Assembly: GCA_005772855.1 (NCBI GenBank)
Contig: SXIK01000010.1
Location: 2,886-66,885 of the forward strand
DNA: 64,000 nucleotides
Direction of reading: 5' to 3'
From: Planctomycetia bacterium
GTDB lineage: Bacteria > Planctomycetota > UBA8108 > SXIK01
Numbering within the stretch: position 1 is the first letter of the stretch; each line of letters begins with the position of its first letter. Shown here piece by piece: positions 18,777-28,284 of the stretch. The notes beneath the pieces were generated by a model that did no database searches, was not told where the DNA came from, and saw nothing but the letters and a program-made list of their open reading frames with translations. The translations under genes were made by a program, and so were the position numbers.

Positions 18777-19256
18777 ATGCGCGTAACTCAGACAAGCCTG
18801 AAGGCGCTCAGCTCCGGGTGGGCGAGGTTTCTTCTTTGGTACGAAGGCCACAAGGTCCTCACGCTGAGCATGCTCAACGCGCTGACGCTCTTCGTCTTTG
18901 CCTCTCTCGTTTTCATTGTCTGGGCGACCCAGCCGCGCGAGTCTCAGGCGCTCGAGAATGCAAGATCCAGTAAGTCCCCGGTGGTCGAATCGCGCAGGGC
19001 GCCACCCACACTCGCCGAGAAGACTCGACCCGGGGTCGATCCCGTGGCCGCCACTGCCTCATCCGCCGCAGCAGAAGACCCACAAGCCTCACAACGAATC
19101 GGGGTAAGAGAATATCAGGTCGAGGTGCGTCGGGCCCGGAGATTCTTCGCGCAGGCGGAGGCCCCACCCGTGACCGGAACGAGGAACGTTACCGAGCCAG
19201 AAGATGAAGAGAGTGAGCGAGGGGACGAGCCCGAGTCGCTCGCCCCACGCGACTGA
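18777..19256 (+). CDS. Hypothetical single-pass membrane protein
   Basis: One TM segment then a low-complexity acidic tail; start uncertain. Confidence 0.55.
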   Translation: MRVTQTSLKALSSGWARFLLWYEGHKVLTLSMLNALTLFVFASLVFIVWATQPRESQALENARSSKSPVVESRRAPPTLAEKTRPGVDPVAATASSAAAEDPQASQRIGVREYQVEVRRARRFFAQAEAPPVTGTRNVTEPEDEESERGDEPESLAPRD

Positions 19257-19257
19257 G

Positions 19258-19415
19258 TATCGCCCACCGCAAGTTAGTGCCTGAAAGTACAGCCCTTGCG
19301 CGGTACTTACCACGGGTGTGAGGGGGGAACGTGGCCCCCTCAAATGTACCGGACGCCTCCAGCGCAGATAGTGACGTTTCGTTGATCAGGACGTCCTGAT
19401 CATGGCCGCGAGGTA
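19258..19415 (+). repeat. MITE-like repeat B, diverged copy
   Basis: 19253-19362 aligns with the reverse complement of 52018-52132. Begins after CTGAG, which contains the stop codon of the upstream gene. Confidence 0.8.
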
Positions 19416-19487
19416 TAGTTCGGCGCGAATTCCCTTCAAGTGCCGCAGGCAATCCTTGCACTTGGGTAAGAAGGCTGTCCTCCCTTG

Positions 19488-19775
19488 TCACGGCAGCGCA
19501 CCCACTGCCTTCAGATCCACAGGCTCGAAGTCGTCCAGCCATGCGATCGGAAAGCACATGAGCTCGAACCATTTCGACTTCGCTTTCCCGACGAACTCGA
19601 GCTGCCCAGCCAGAGAGTCGCCCGTCTCGGGATCGCGCAAGTTTCGGATCTTCTCCCAACGGGCATCCGTCGCGTTGAGCTTGCGGTGGTCTTCGAAGGA
19701 GTGATCGCGGCCGTCGAGGTAGGGGCGAAAGTCGGCAATGAGCCCGTTTTGCGTTCGGTAAATGTAGAGGTCCAT
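19488..19775 (-). CDS. 95-aa hypothetical protein between two MITE-like repeats
   Basis: MDLYIYRTQNGLIADFRPYLDG...; AGGA upstream of the ATG; protein-like composition. Confidence 0.65.
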   Translation of the reverse strand: MDLYIYRTQNGLIADFRPYLDGRDHSFEDHRKLNATDARWEKIRNLRDPETGDSLAGQLEFVGKAKSKWFELMCFPIAWLDDFEPVDLKAVGALP

Positions 19776-19825
19776 GCGTTGATTCCTGCTGCGTTTGTGG
19801 TTCGGCGGATGAGGCGAACAGTATA

Positions 19826-20047
19826 TACCGCACGCGGGCAGTGATGAGACCTTTTGCAGCCTGCGAAAGGTTGCGGCTGCTCGCGCCAGAGGCGCCCGGC
19901 GCCCATCAGGCGCCGAGGAGGGGGAGGACGCGTGTCGCGGCCGTCGTGGGGGAGGGTCCGCCTCCCCCACCAGCAGAAACGAGCAGCAGACTTGAGATGG
20001 TCTTCCTCTGCCCATTCGGAATGTCTCATGTGTGGGCGCGCGAGGTA
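19826..20047. repeat. MITE-like repeat A, apparently full length (~222 bp)
   Basis: Imperfect terminal inverted repeats (TACCGCACGC..ATGAGAC / GTCTCAT..GCGCGAGGTA), TA on both flanks, internal hairpins; second copy at 1926-2021. Confidence 0.78.
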
Positions 20048-20084
20048 TAGCAGCCGAGCCGATTCCTGGTAGAGTACGCGCCCC

Positions 20085-21368
20085 ATGGAGCACGACAGCA
20101 ACCCCGCATCCGAACAACGAACGGAACGGAGTATTCTCTTCTTCACGTGTGCTGCGCATGCGTTGACACACATCTACATGGTGATCTACTCCGCCGTGAT
20201 CGTCAGGATGAACCAGGACTTCGGCGAGAAGGTCTACTGGTACGCCACGATTTGCGTGATCGTCTTCGGCATGGGCTCGATTCCAGCAAGCTATTTGGGA
20301 GAGAAGCTCGGGGAGAAGAGGCTGCTGGTCGCATTCTTCCTCCTTACGGCGGCGGGTGGCGCGTCGGTTGGGCTGGCTCATAGCACATGGCAGCTTGCTT
20401 TCGGAATGACGCTCCTGGGGCTTGGAGCCAGCATTTTTCACCCGGTAGGCAACACGTTGATCGCAAAGGGCATCCGCCTACCAGGTCGAGCCATGGGTGT
20501 GAACGGCCTCTGGGGGAGTATTGGCGAGGCGATCGGCCCCATCCTGGCTGGCGGCCTGACGGCCTGGCTCGGATCGTGGCGTTATCCCTACCTGGTCTTG
20601 ACACTTCCGACTCTGGCAATCGGCTTGTGGCTTGCTGTCACCCGGATCGATTTGAAACATGCCACAGGAGGCACAACAGCCACCACTGGGGCTCCATCGC
20701 TCGCCAGGCCCCTCAGGAGAGCTCCTGTCGCCCTACTCACGTTCCTCCTCCTGGCAATGATGTGCGGCGGATTTCAGCTCTGGATTGTCAAGACCACGCT
20801 ACCGGAATTCGTCGGGAAAAGCACCTCGAGCGGGCTTCTTCCGGTCTCTCTTGGGAACCCGGAGTTCCTCGGCCCTGCGGTGACGTCCATCATGTATCTG
20901 GTGGGTGGCACCGGACAGCTAGTGGCAGGCCGTGTAGTTCACAGGCGAGAGGGTCGCGGTGTCTATGCGTTGGTCTTTCTCGTGTCCATCCCGTTGATCT
21001 TGCTGACAGCAAGGCTCACCAACCTCCCGCTGCTCGTCACCGGCAGCTTGATGGCGCTCCTCATGTTCTCGGCGCAGCCGATCGAGAACGTTCTGCTGGC
21101 AAGATTCGCTCCCGCTTCGTGGAAGAGCTTCTTTTTCGGCCTCAAGTTCACCCTCGCCTTCGGGGTGGGCGGATTGGGAGTGAGGCTGTGCGGGTGGGCA
21201 AGACAAGGCTACGGCCTCGACGCCACGTTCAACCTTGCGACGGCTTTCTGCGCTGCGGCGCTTTTCTTCGCGCTGCTGGCGCTCCTGGCAAAGTCGAATC
21301 GTCAACTCGAGCCCGAAGTCCTCCCCCCGATCGCATCACTGCCTGAGCCAAGATTGCTCAAGCAATGA
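20085..21368 (+). CDS. MFS transporter
   Basis: About 12 TM segments; LGEKLGEKR motif A-like; GASIFHPVG. Confidence 0.9.
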   Translation: MEHDSNPASEQRTERSILFFTCAAHALTHIYMVIYSAVIVRMNQDFGEKVYWYATICVIVFGMGSIPASYLGEKLGEKRLLVAFFLLTAAGGASVGLAHSTWQLAFGMTLLGLGASIFHPVGNTLIAKGIRLPGRAMGVNGLWGSIGEAIGPILAGGLTAWLGSWRYPYLVLTLPTLAIGLWLAVTRIDLKHATGGTTATTGAPSLARPLRRAPVALLTFLLLAMMCGGFQLWIVKTTLPEFVGKSTSSGLLPVSLGNPEFLGPAVTSIMYLVGGTGQLVAGRVVHRREGRGVYALVFLVSIPLILLTARLTNLPLLVTGSLMALLMFSAQPIENVLLARFAPASWKSFFFGLKFTLAFGVGGLGVRLCGWARQGYGLDATFNLATAFCAAALFFALLALLAKSNRQLEPEVLPPIASLPEPRLLKQ

Positions 21369-21469
21369 GCGACCTTGCTGGGGGACGACTGTGCGGTGGG
21401 CCAAGACGGCTCACGCTCTCAAGGAGAGAGACCTTCGGGCTCCTCAGGACCGCTTCAGTCACGCCCTCT

Positions 21470-21697
21470 TCACGCGTAGGCTTCTTCTTCAACGAGGGCC
21501 ACGATCAGCTTCTTTTGGGGTCCCTCCTTGAACGAAAGTTTGCCTTCTCGGGCAAGCCAGCCGATTCCGGCAAGCACCTCGTCCTGAGTAAACCCCGGGA
21601 TCTTTTTCACCTCCGTGAAGGGGACACCCACGGCTCCCTTTTCGTGAAGCTTCTTCCAGATTGTGCCAGCCGCCTGACCGATTTTCTCGAGGCTCAT
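21470..21697 (-). CDS. Small winged-helix protein (DUF2582-like)
   Basis: IGQAAGTIWKKL..AGIGWLAREGKL; strong SD GAGGAGG. Confidence 0.85.
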   Translation of the reverse strand: MSLEKIGQAAGTIWKKLHEKGAVGVPFTEVKKIPGFTQDEVLAGIGWLAREGKLSFKEGPQKKLIVALVEEEAYA

Positions 21698-21830
21698 GGT
21701 GCCTCCTCCTCTCTTCAAATCAATTCCAAGGAAACGCATTTGAGTCCACTACCTGATGACGCCCCTGGGGTTACGGGCCACGCAGGGAGTCTTGAAGACG
21801 TTATCGACCTCCGAAGGGAGGAACTTGAGC

Positions 21831-21859
21831 AACTGTTTCGCCACTGGGAACAGTTTTTT
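21831..21859 (+). terminator. Terminator-like hairpin in a divergent intergenic region
   Basis: AACTGTTT..GAACAGTT followed by a T run. Confidence 0.4.
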
Positions 21860-22028
21860 GGGGCCACCCCTTCCCAACATTCGGTGGGCAAGGCACTTTG
21901 GCCTTGATGAATGGATCAAGGTTGCGGATTCTGCTGCTCTTGAATACTTTCGCTTGGTGATAGACTGCCTCGATGAAGCGCAAGCTCAGCCTTCCCCGGG
22001 GCACCCTGCTCCACAGGAGTGCGTCACG

Positions 22029-22364
22029 ATGACAAGGAAAAAGATTCCGGGTCCCCCCAAGGCATTCATGGAGTTTTCGCGACGTTTTCCAAAGCTCGCG
22101 CAGGCATGGGACCTGCTGGGAGAAGGAGGTGGCTCGGGACCGCTCAACGCCAAGACTTGCCGACTGATCAAGCTCGGAATCAGCATCGCGAGCCGATCCG
22201 AGGGCGCCACTCATTCGGCGGCACGCAAGTGCGTTGCCACAGGAGCTACCGAAGCCGAGATTTACCAGGTAGTTGCGCTCGCGGCTAGCACGATCGGCAT
22301 GCCCGCGGCCGTGGCGGCATATACCTGGATACGGGACGAGCTACCGCCTTCCAAAAAAACGTAG
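22029..22364 (+). CDS. Carboxymuconolactone decarboxylase/AhpD-family protein
   Basis: GPLNAKTCRLIKLGISIA..EGATHS..GAT..EI..STIGMP; CAGGAG SD. Confidence 0.88.
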   Translation: MTRKKIPGPPKAFMEFSRRFPKLAQAWDLLGEGGGSGPLNAKTCRLIKLGISIASRSEGATHSAARKCVATGATEAEIYQVVALAASTIGMPAAVAAYTWIRDELPPSKKT

Positions 22365-22393
22365 TCACGCGGTCGAGCCCACTCGCCTCGAGC

Positions 22394-23431
22394 TCAAACG
22401 TCTCCCACCGAGAGAGCCCAGGCGCCGCCCCAGACTTCGCCGGGCTCCAACACCTTCACGCCAGTGTCCTTGCTACCACGAGCCACCAGGTTAAAGCCGT
22501 CATTGGCATGAGTCACCGGCTCCACGCAAACAAACTCTCTCGGGCGGCCCGTGGAGTCATTGGGTGCATAAACAACCGCATGGGTGAAGAGCGGATCCAG
22601 GTTGAATCGAACCTCAAGACGAGTGCCAGGATAAATCACGCGTATCTCGCCGTGGCGAAGCCCGGTGAAGCAGTGATCAAGGCCAGGCTTTCCCAAAACC
22701 TTCAAGTGCCTGAGGTCGGTCCTGCCGCCGACTGGCTCGGGCGGCCCCGTGGGGATGCAGGCCTCCAGCGGGTAGTACCGGTCGGCCGGAACAATCAAGA
22801 TCAAATCGGGGTCGGCTCGCGTGAGCCTTCGTCTGAGAAAAGGGTGGTAGCCGAAGCCAACCGGCGCCTTTCGTTTGTCCACATTTTCGATCGTCAGGGC
22901 GACTTGCAAGGTCTCCTCTGAAAGCTCAAGCACGTGGCGAAACCGGAGCGCAAAGGGGTAATTAAAATCGGGGAATTCGCGAGAATCGAAGGTTGCCTCG
23001 AATCGCCTTGGTGTCGAGGATGCTATCTTCCAGGGTCGATTGCGAACGTCGCCGTGGATCGCCGAGTGGTCAGGAAAATTCTCCTTGAGCTGATGGCGCT
23101 GGCCCTCAAACTCAAACGCAGCTCCGGCGATACGGTTCGACCAGGGCGCCAGGAGGTAAGAACCATATCCTGTTGGTCGTTTCACGAGCGCGTCGTGATC
23201 CGGTGCCGAAACGAGGAGGTCGAGCCAGTGCCCCTTCACCGAGACTCTGAGCCGCGACCAGTGGCAGCCAAACTCAGGCAGTAACGTGAGCTCCAGACGA
23301 TCGTTCTTCAACACGAGCTCTTGAAAAATCTTTTTCTCCTCAACTGACTGAGTTGCTAGCAAGCTTTTCATGGCTGTTCCTACTTTTTCCAAGTTGAAGC
23401 CCTCCATTGTACTCTCGAGTACATTACCCAA
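22394..23431 (-). CDS. Aldose 1-epimerase family protein
   Basis: PWSNRI, AIHG, GYHPF, FVCVEP. Start may be 23371. Confidence 0.9.
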   Translation of the reverse strand: MGNVLESTMEGFNLEKVGTAMKSLLATQSVEEKKIFQELVLKNDRLELTLLPEFGCHWSRLRVSVKGHWLDLLVSAPDHDALVKRPTGYGSYLLAPWSNRIAGAAFEFEGQRHQLKENFPDHSAIHGDVRNRPWKIASSTPRRFEATFDSREFPDFNYPFALRFRHVLELSEETLQVALTIENVDKRKAPVGFGYHPFLRRRLTRADPDLILIVPADRYYPLEACIPTGPPEPVGGRTDLRHLKVLGKPGLDHCFTGLRHGEIRVIYPGTRLEVRFNLDPLFTHAVVYAPNDSTGRPREFVCVEPVTHANDGFNLVARGSKDTGVKVLEPGEVWGGAWALSVGDV

Positions 23432-23483
23432 TGCAATAGGCGCTTTGATTCCTCGCCATTAAATTCTTCGCAACGGCTCCAGC

Positions 23484-24503
23484 ATGGACCCCCTCCCTCT
23501 CGTCGAGAAGATTCTTCAGTTCATCGAACCTTACGAGTTTCAAACATTCGTATTGGGGTTCGATCGACCCAAGGGCTATGACCGCGCCCAACACGAGGAC
23601 TCCTTTCGCAAGTTAAAACAGGCTCTCGGAGAAGAGATCTCGCGTCGAACACCCGGCGTGGACGCCGATTTCCTCCGCCCTGATCTCAGGATTGACATCG
23701 ATTCCAATCTCTCCCTGCGTCTTCAGGTAGCGCCGATATTCCTCGCGGGGCGGTATCGAAAGCTCTCCCGCAACATCCCATCGACCCGCTGGATTCACCA
23801 CGCATGCAATGGCCACGGCTGCCCAACTTGCTCTCATACGGGAAATTTGTGCGGCCCTAGCGTGCAAGAACTTCTCTCAACACCCGCTCTCAAGGCCTCG
23901 CTCGGCCAGCGGACCCTGTTCCACTCACTGGGCAGGGAAGACGTCGATGCTCGGATGCTCGGCTTGGGGCGGCCCTTCGTTCTCGAGATACATCACCCGG
24001 TCCGCCGCAAGCTCGACCTTGATCGGATACGGCAGGATTTTCACCAGCTCGCAGATGGTCTCGCCGAGATCTCAACGCTTTACCTCACGGGGCCGGAAGC
24101 CCGTTCGGAAGTGAAGGCAACGGAGGCAGAGAAGACCTATCGTGCATGGCTCGACTTCGGAGGCACTGTCCATTCACCCAAGCTCGAGCAGATCAGAGCG
24201 CTGTGCGGAATTACAGTGGAGCAGCTGACTCCGTCACGGGTGCAGCACCGCAGAGGCAGAAACACCCTGCGCAAGCGCAAGGTCCTGGAGTCGATTTGGC
24301 TCGGCAAAGTCGACGGGCGCAACGCCTGGGAAGTACGAGTAGAAGCCGGGATGTACGTCAAGGAGCTTGTGAGCGGTGATGAAGGGCGCACCCGACCTTC
24401 GCTCGCAGAGATCCTCGGCTGCCCGTGCCGGTGCGAGGCCCTGGATGTGCTCGAAGTACACTGGAATCCCCCGTGGGAGCAGGTAGAGCGGCCCGCACGG
24501 TAG
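23484..24503 (+). CDS. pus10: Pus10-family tRNA pseudouridine(54/55) synthase
   Basis: GRYRKLSRNIPSTRW, GREDVDARMLG.GRPFVLE, KTYRA, Q.TP.RV.HRR, GMYVKELVSGD.GRT.PS, LDV. Confidence 0.9.
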   Translation: MDPLPLVEKILQFIEPYEFQTFVLGFDRPKGYDRAQHEDSFRKLKQALGEEISRRTPGVDADFLRPDLRIDIDSNLSLRLQVAPIFLAGRYRKLSRNIPSTRWIHHACNGHGCPTCSHTGNLCGPSVQELLSTPALKASLGQRTLFHSLGREDVDARMLGLGRPFVLEIHHPVRRKLDLDRIRQDFHQLADGLAEISTLYLTGPEARSEVKATEAEKTYRAWLDFGGTVHSPKLEQIRALCGITVEQLTPSRVQHRRGRNTLRKRKVLESIWLGKVDGRNAWEVRVEAGMYVKELVSGDEGRTRPSLAEILGCPCRCEALDVLEVHWNPPWEQVERPAR

Positions 24504-24534
24504 GATTGCCGCACGCAGGGGACACTGAACACAA

Positions 24535-25470
24535 ATGGCTAAAATCGTCCAACTCTCGAGGTTCCCATCGCCCCCACCGGAGGCTCCCTGGTGGGTCGTG
24601 CGCAGGGAGATGGTCCCGGCGAGCCCGGAGCGAGTATGGAATGCCCTGACCAACCCCGGGGAGTTGGTCCACTGGTGGTGCGACTTCGCGGAGGTGCGCC
24701 TCGAGAAGGGAGGACGATACGCCTTCGGCGGCCGCCATGTTTACGGGGATTCGATGGAAGCGCAGACGATCGAGACATCGGTGAAACCAGGGGAAGACTT
24801 CGAGATTGTGGATTTCGAGCCAGCAGCACGACTCGTGTTTCGTTGGCCGCTCCTTGGCGTTGACACTTTGGTGCAATACGAGCTCGAAAACGAGCTTGAG
24901 TCGACCCGGTTCACTGTCACGCAAACTGCCAAGGTGCCCCCGGGCTTGAACCCCGGCTTGGGCCCGAACTGGTGGTGGGTGGCCCTCCCGTCGCTTCGAT
25001 CTTTCATCGAGAAAGGTGAGTCCGACTTGCGTATCGACTACCATGGGCTTCGATCGGCGGCGGCGATATCCCTTGAAGCGAGGTGTTCCACTTTTCCCTG
25101 GATCATCTGGCACAAGCTGACAAGCCCGACCGAAATTCGCCGCTGGTGGGCGCCCGTCATCCAGCTCGAGCCCAGGGCCGGCGGAACGTTTCGGCTCGAA
25201 TTGGACGCCATGGGCCCGAGTCGCGTGCTCGAGACTTCCGAGCTCTCCCGATTCGTGCACGACTGGGTCTGGCCAGGCGGCGCCGTCGGGCAGATCGAGT
25301 GGAGTCTCGAGGAGACCGAGACTTGCGTCCTCTTACGCGTGACGGATCTTGGCCCATGGGACCCCGCAGTATCGCGCGACGCCTGCGCGACTCTCTGGGG
25401 CGCAACCCTGCTTCAGCTGAAGCAGTTGAGCGAGCGAGGCGTAACTCCGCGGGAGTATCAAGACGGCTAA
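24535..25470 (+). CDS. Tandem SRPBCC/AHSA1 domain protein
   Basis: Two ERVWNALT..L..WW-type units. Confidence 0.82.
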   Translation: MAKIVQLSRFPSPPPEAPWWVVRREMVPASPERVWNALTNPGELVHWWCDFAEVRLEKGGRYAFGGRHVYGDSMEAQTIETSVKPGEDFEIVDFEPAARLVFRWPLLGVDTLVQYELENELESTRFTVTQTAKVPPGLNPGLGPNWWWVALPSLRSFIEKGESDLRIDYHGLRSAAAISLEARCSTFPWIIWHKLTSPTEIRRWWAPVIQLEPRAGGTFRLELDAMGPSRVLETSELSRFVHDWVWPGGAVGQIEWSLEETETCVLLRVTDLGPWDPAVSRDACATLWGATLLQLKQLSERGVTPREYQDG

Positions 25471-26408
25471 CGGATCCAGCGGGCATTCCAGCCGCGGGCA
25501 GGTGAAGTGCCAGGCCGAAATCTTGGGCGATGCTTTTGCACACTCTTGCACCGGGTTTCACGTTCCGGTATAAGCTGTAGGACCGATAACGTGTGGGACA
25601 CGTATCGTGCGTTCCCCTGGCGCTGACCTCTATAGATTTTTGGCTCAAGCGCCTGAGTGTTTATCCCAAGAATTCGTTCCGTCACCCAAGGTCGAGCGAA
25701 AAGCAGCCTGGAGGCGGAGCGGGATTTGGGGACAGGCAAGTTTCGAACTAGCTGGCTTTCTAAAGCGTGGTGGACCGACGGACTCTCTCGTCTTGGCCCT
25801 CAAGATGGATGGAGGTTGGTGGTTTGTATCGTTTGGCGGCTTCAATTCATCGTTGAAAGACATGTCGGCGGTACAGCTCATGGCGACAGCGGTGAGGCAA
25901 GACTGGAGGACCGAAGAGCGCAACTGCGCTCGATATTTGCGAACCGACCTGGACGCTATGGACTTTCTTGGCTTGCTACCTCGACAGCGTCTGACCTTCA
26001 ATTACAGGAGTAACGGAAAGTCACGGAGGTCGATTTCAGGAGGAGAAAGAATCCCGGTGAGAAGAGGTGGAGAGATTGGGGCGATTCTTGGGCCAACTGC
26101 GTGGACTGGAAGTGATACGAGGGGTCGATAACGACAGCGATTGCAAAGCAGAACCCGTCCGGATGCAACCAGCAGGTGCCACAGGGGCTCTTTACCTGGC
26201 AGGCCGGATAATCGAGAGATCGAGTCACCGATAGGTTCACGAAAGCAGTTTCACAGGAGTCAAGAACAGTCGAGCCTTCGCAGAAGAACTGTGGATTGAA
26301 GCCAGAGGGAAGCCGAGCCTTGCATTCGATTGTGCAGGGATTCGGCTTCTCTTTTTTTGCCCACTCTGCGCTCCATCTCGCGTCCTGCCAAGCCTTTGTG
26401 AACTGGAG

Positions 26409-27518
26409 TTGCCCCAGGTTCGACAAAATGGGAACTTCCGCGTACGCTTCTTCGTGATCTCGCAAAGGGTTTCATGCCTTCATCAGAGCAGTCGGTTAAC
26501 AGCGTGGGTGCTTGCGCTCACGGTGATACTTCCCCTGGCGGCTCGCTGCGAGCTTCCCGGCGAGCTGGAAGACGCACTCAAACAGGCCCGAGCATTCCAT
26601 CGACTCCTCGTCCTCGTCTTCCTCGATGAGTCCGGCTCGAAAGCAGAGTCGAGTCCAGGGGCATTGGAGTGCGCAGCGTGGCAAGAGCAGATCGCCCCGC
26701 ACCAGCAGAAGATCCTCCATCTGGCCAAAAATTACAGCCTCTTGAGACGCTTCTCGATTCGAGATCTTCCTTCCTTCATCGTCCTCGACGGCGAGGGAAG
26801 GGAGGTCGGCCGAGTGGAGAATCAGCGCGGTCTCGGCAGCGCTCAGCGCAGGCTCCGGGATTTGCTCGATGCGGCCGAGCGTTCATCCGAGTGCACCGAG
26901 AGACTCAAGAAGGACCCAGGGGATGCCGAGGCGCTCTACTGGGTTGGCGCCCACGAATGGAACCGGGGGGCGCGCGTTTCCGCGGCGGAGCGATTTGAGA
27001 AAGTCGTGACCCTGGGCACCCAGCTTCACCTCGGCCCAAAGGATCTCACTGCTGACGCTCTGCGATTACTTGGAGAGGCTCACCTTGAGCTGAGCCGTTT
27101 CACCGAGGCGGAGGACTCCTTTCGCCGTTCACTCACCCGTCAAGGCTCGCCCGAGCAGCGCTCGCAAGCCGCGCTCGGCCTGGGCAGGAGTCTGAGGCGT
27201 CAGGGCAAAGCGCGCGAAGCGATCTGCGCTCTGGAGGCACACTTCCTTCCCGCCACTTCGGAGCCCAGCCTCGATGAGGCACTTTTCATGCTGGGATATC
27301 TGTACACAGAGCTTGGCGAGAACGAAAAAGCCGCGCGGAGCTTCCACACAGTGATCGAGCAATTCCCGTCGACCGATTGTGCACATCGAGCCGAGCTTTA
27401 CAGGATCAAGGCACGGAGACCACCCATCACGGGTGTCGCAGAGGCTGTGAGCACTGCCTCCCTGAGTAGATCCAGAAGCGGGGACGAGCGATTGAAAGTC
27501 GAAAAGTATTCTGAATAG
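26409..27518 (+). CDS. Secreted thioredoxin-like + TPR protein
   Basis: Hydrophobic leader, LPSFIVLDGEGREVGR thioredoxin-like segment, TPR helices. Start uncertain. Confidence 0.75.
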   Translation: MPQVRQNGNFRVRFFVISQRVSCLHQSSRLTAWVLALTVILPLAARCELPGELEDALKQARAFHRLLVLVFLDESGSKAESSPGALECAAWQEQIAPHQQKILHLAKNYSLLRRFSIRDLPSFIVLDGEGREVGRVENQRGLGSAQRRLRDLLDAAERSSECTERLKKDPGDAEALYWVGAHEWNRGARVSAAERFEKVVTLGTQLHLGPKDLTADALRLLGEAHLELSRFTEAEDSFRRSLTRQGSPEQRSQAALGLGRSLRRQGKAREAICALEAHFLPATSEPSLDEALFMLGYLYTELGENEKAARSFHTVIEQFPSTDCAHRAELYRIKARRPPITGVAEAVSTASLSRSRSGDERLKVEKYSE

Positions 27519-27616
27519 GTTCGATCGTCCACGACGCCGGATTCTTGAATCACTGCACTTGCCTCTCCACGGACACCGGCCAGTCCGCCCCAATGTCATT
27601 TCCACCGCTGGCGCAT

Positions 27617-28069
27617 TCAGCCAAGCGCGCCCTTCACCTTCTTCCTTCCTGCAAATCCTCCTTGAAGCTCGTGCCAGAACTGGATCTCCTTCTCACCCCG
27701 CTTCCAGCACAGGAACACAACTCGATCATGCATTCGAGCCGGGTAATCCACTAACCCCACTCGAGGATCCTTGCAGACGCAGCCAATCGCATTCAGCTCC
27801 TCGGCAAGCTCGGTCAGTTGATCCGCCAGGTCCTCGAAGCGGCCGCGGACCTCCTCGGCACGCACGGAGCGGCCCTCTTCAGCAAGCCTCTCCGCCTCGG
27901 CGTGGAGCGACTGCATCTCGGAGCTGACGCGCACGATATCCCCGATGATCCGGGAAACCAGGGGAAGCGTCTTGTTGGCCTCCTCGAGGGTGAATAGTTT
28001 CTTGGGCTTGTAAGATTCTTCGGTCAAACCGTCTTGCTCCTGAGTAAAGAGAGTCACACCTGCCTCCAT
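27617..28069 (-). CDS. DUF2203-family protein
   Basis: FTLEEANKTLPLV, KD...GLVDYP, LCWK.GE..I.FWH...GFAGR. Confidence 0.88.
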   Translation of the reverse strand: MEAGVTLFTQEQDGLTEESYKPKKLFTLEEANKTLPLVSRIIGDIVRVSSEMQSLHAEAERLAEEGRSVRAEEVRGRFEDLADQLTELAEELNAIGCVCKDPRVGLVDYPARMHDRVVFLCWKRGEKEIQFWHELQGGFAGRKKVKGALG

Positions 28070-28284
28070 GAATGCGAGTATTATACTCCTCCCGGGGCGC
28101 CTCCGGCGCTGCGGCCTCCTGGGGCGGCGGTTCGGTGATTGCGCACGCAGAAAGAGAGAAAAAACGAGCGGACTTGCACCTGCCTTTTCGCCAGACTCGT
28201 AAAGCTTGGGGGTTTGGTTGCCGATAAACTCTGGCGCTGTCCGTACGACGTTCACCAACGAGGATTCCGACTGAAAGTGATTTC

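Noticed and set aside
19257-19343. Shared peptide STAQ.LYFQALT.G.RYSV in ORFs 19089..19343 and 52072..52398
   Set aside because: Translation of the non-coding repeat B; no independent coding evidence.
19776-20441. Long N-terminal extension of ORF 19488..20441
   Set aside because: Reads through repeat A and antisense to the MFS gene; an SD-preceded ATG lies at 19775.
21750-21850. CTGATGACGCC and GCAACTGT..GCCACTGGGA resembling fluoride and cobalamin riboswitch motifs
   Set aside because: The other required conserved elements are missing.
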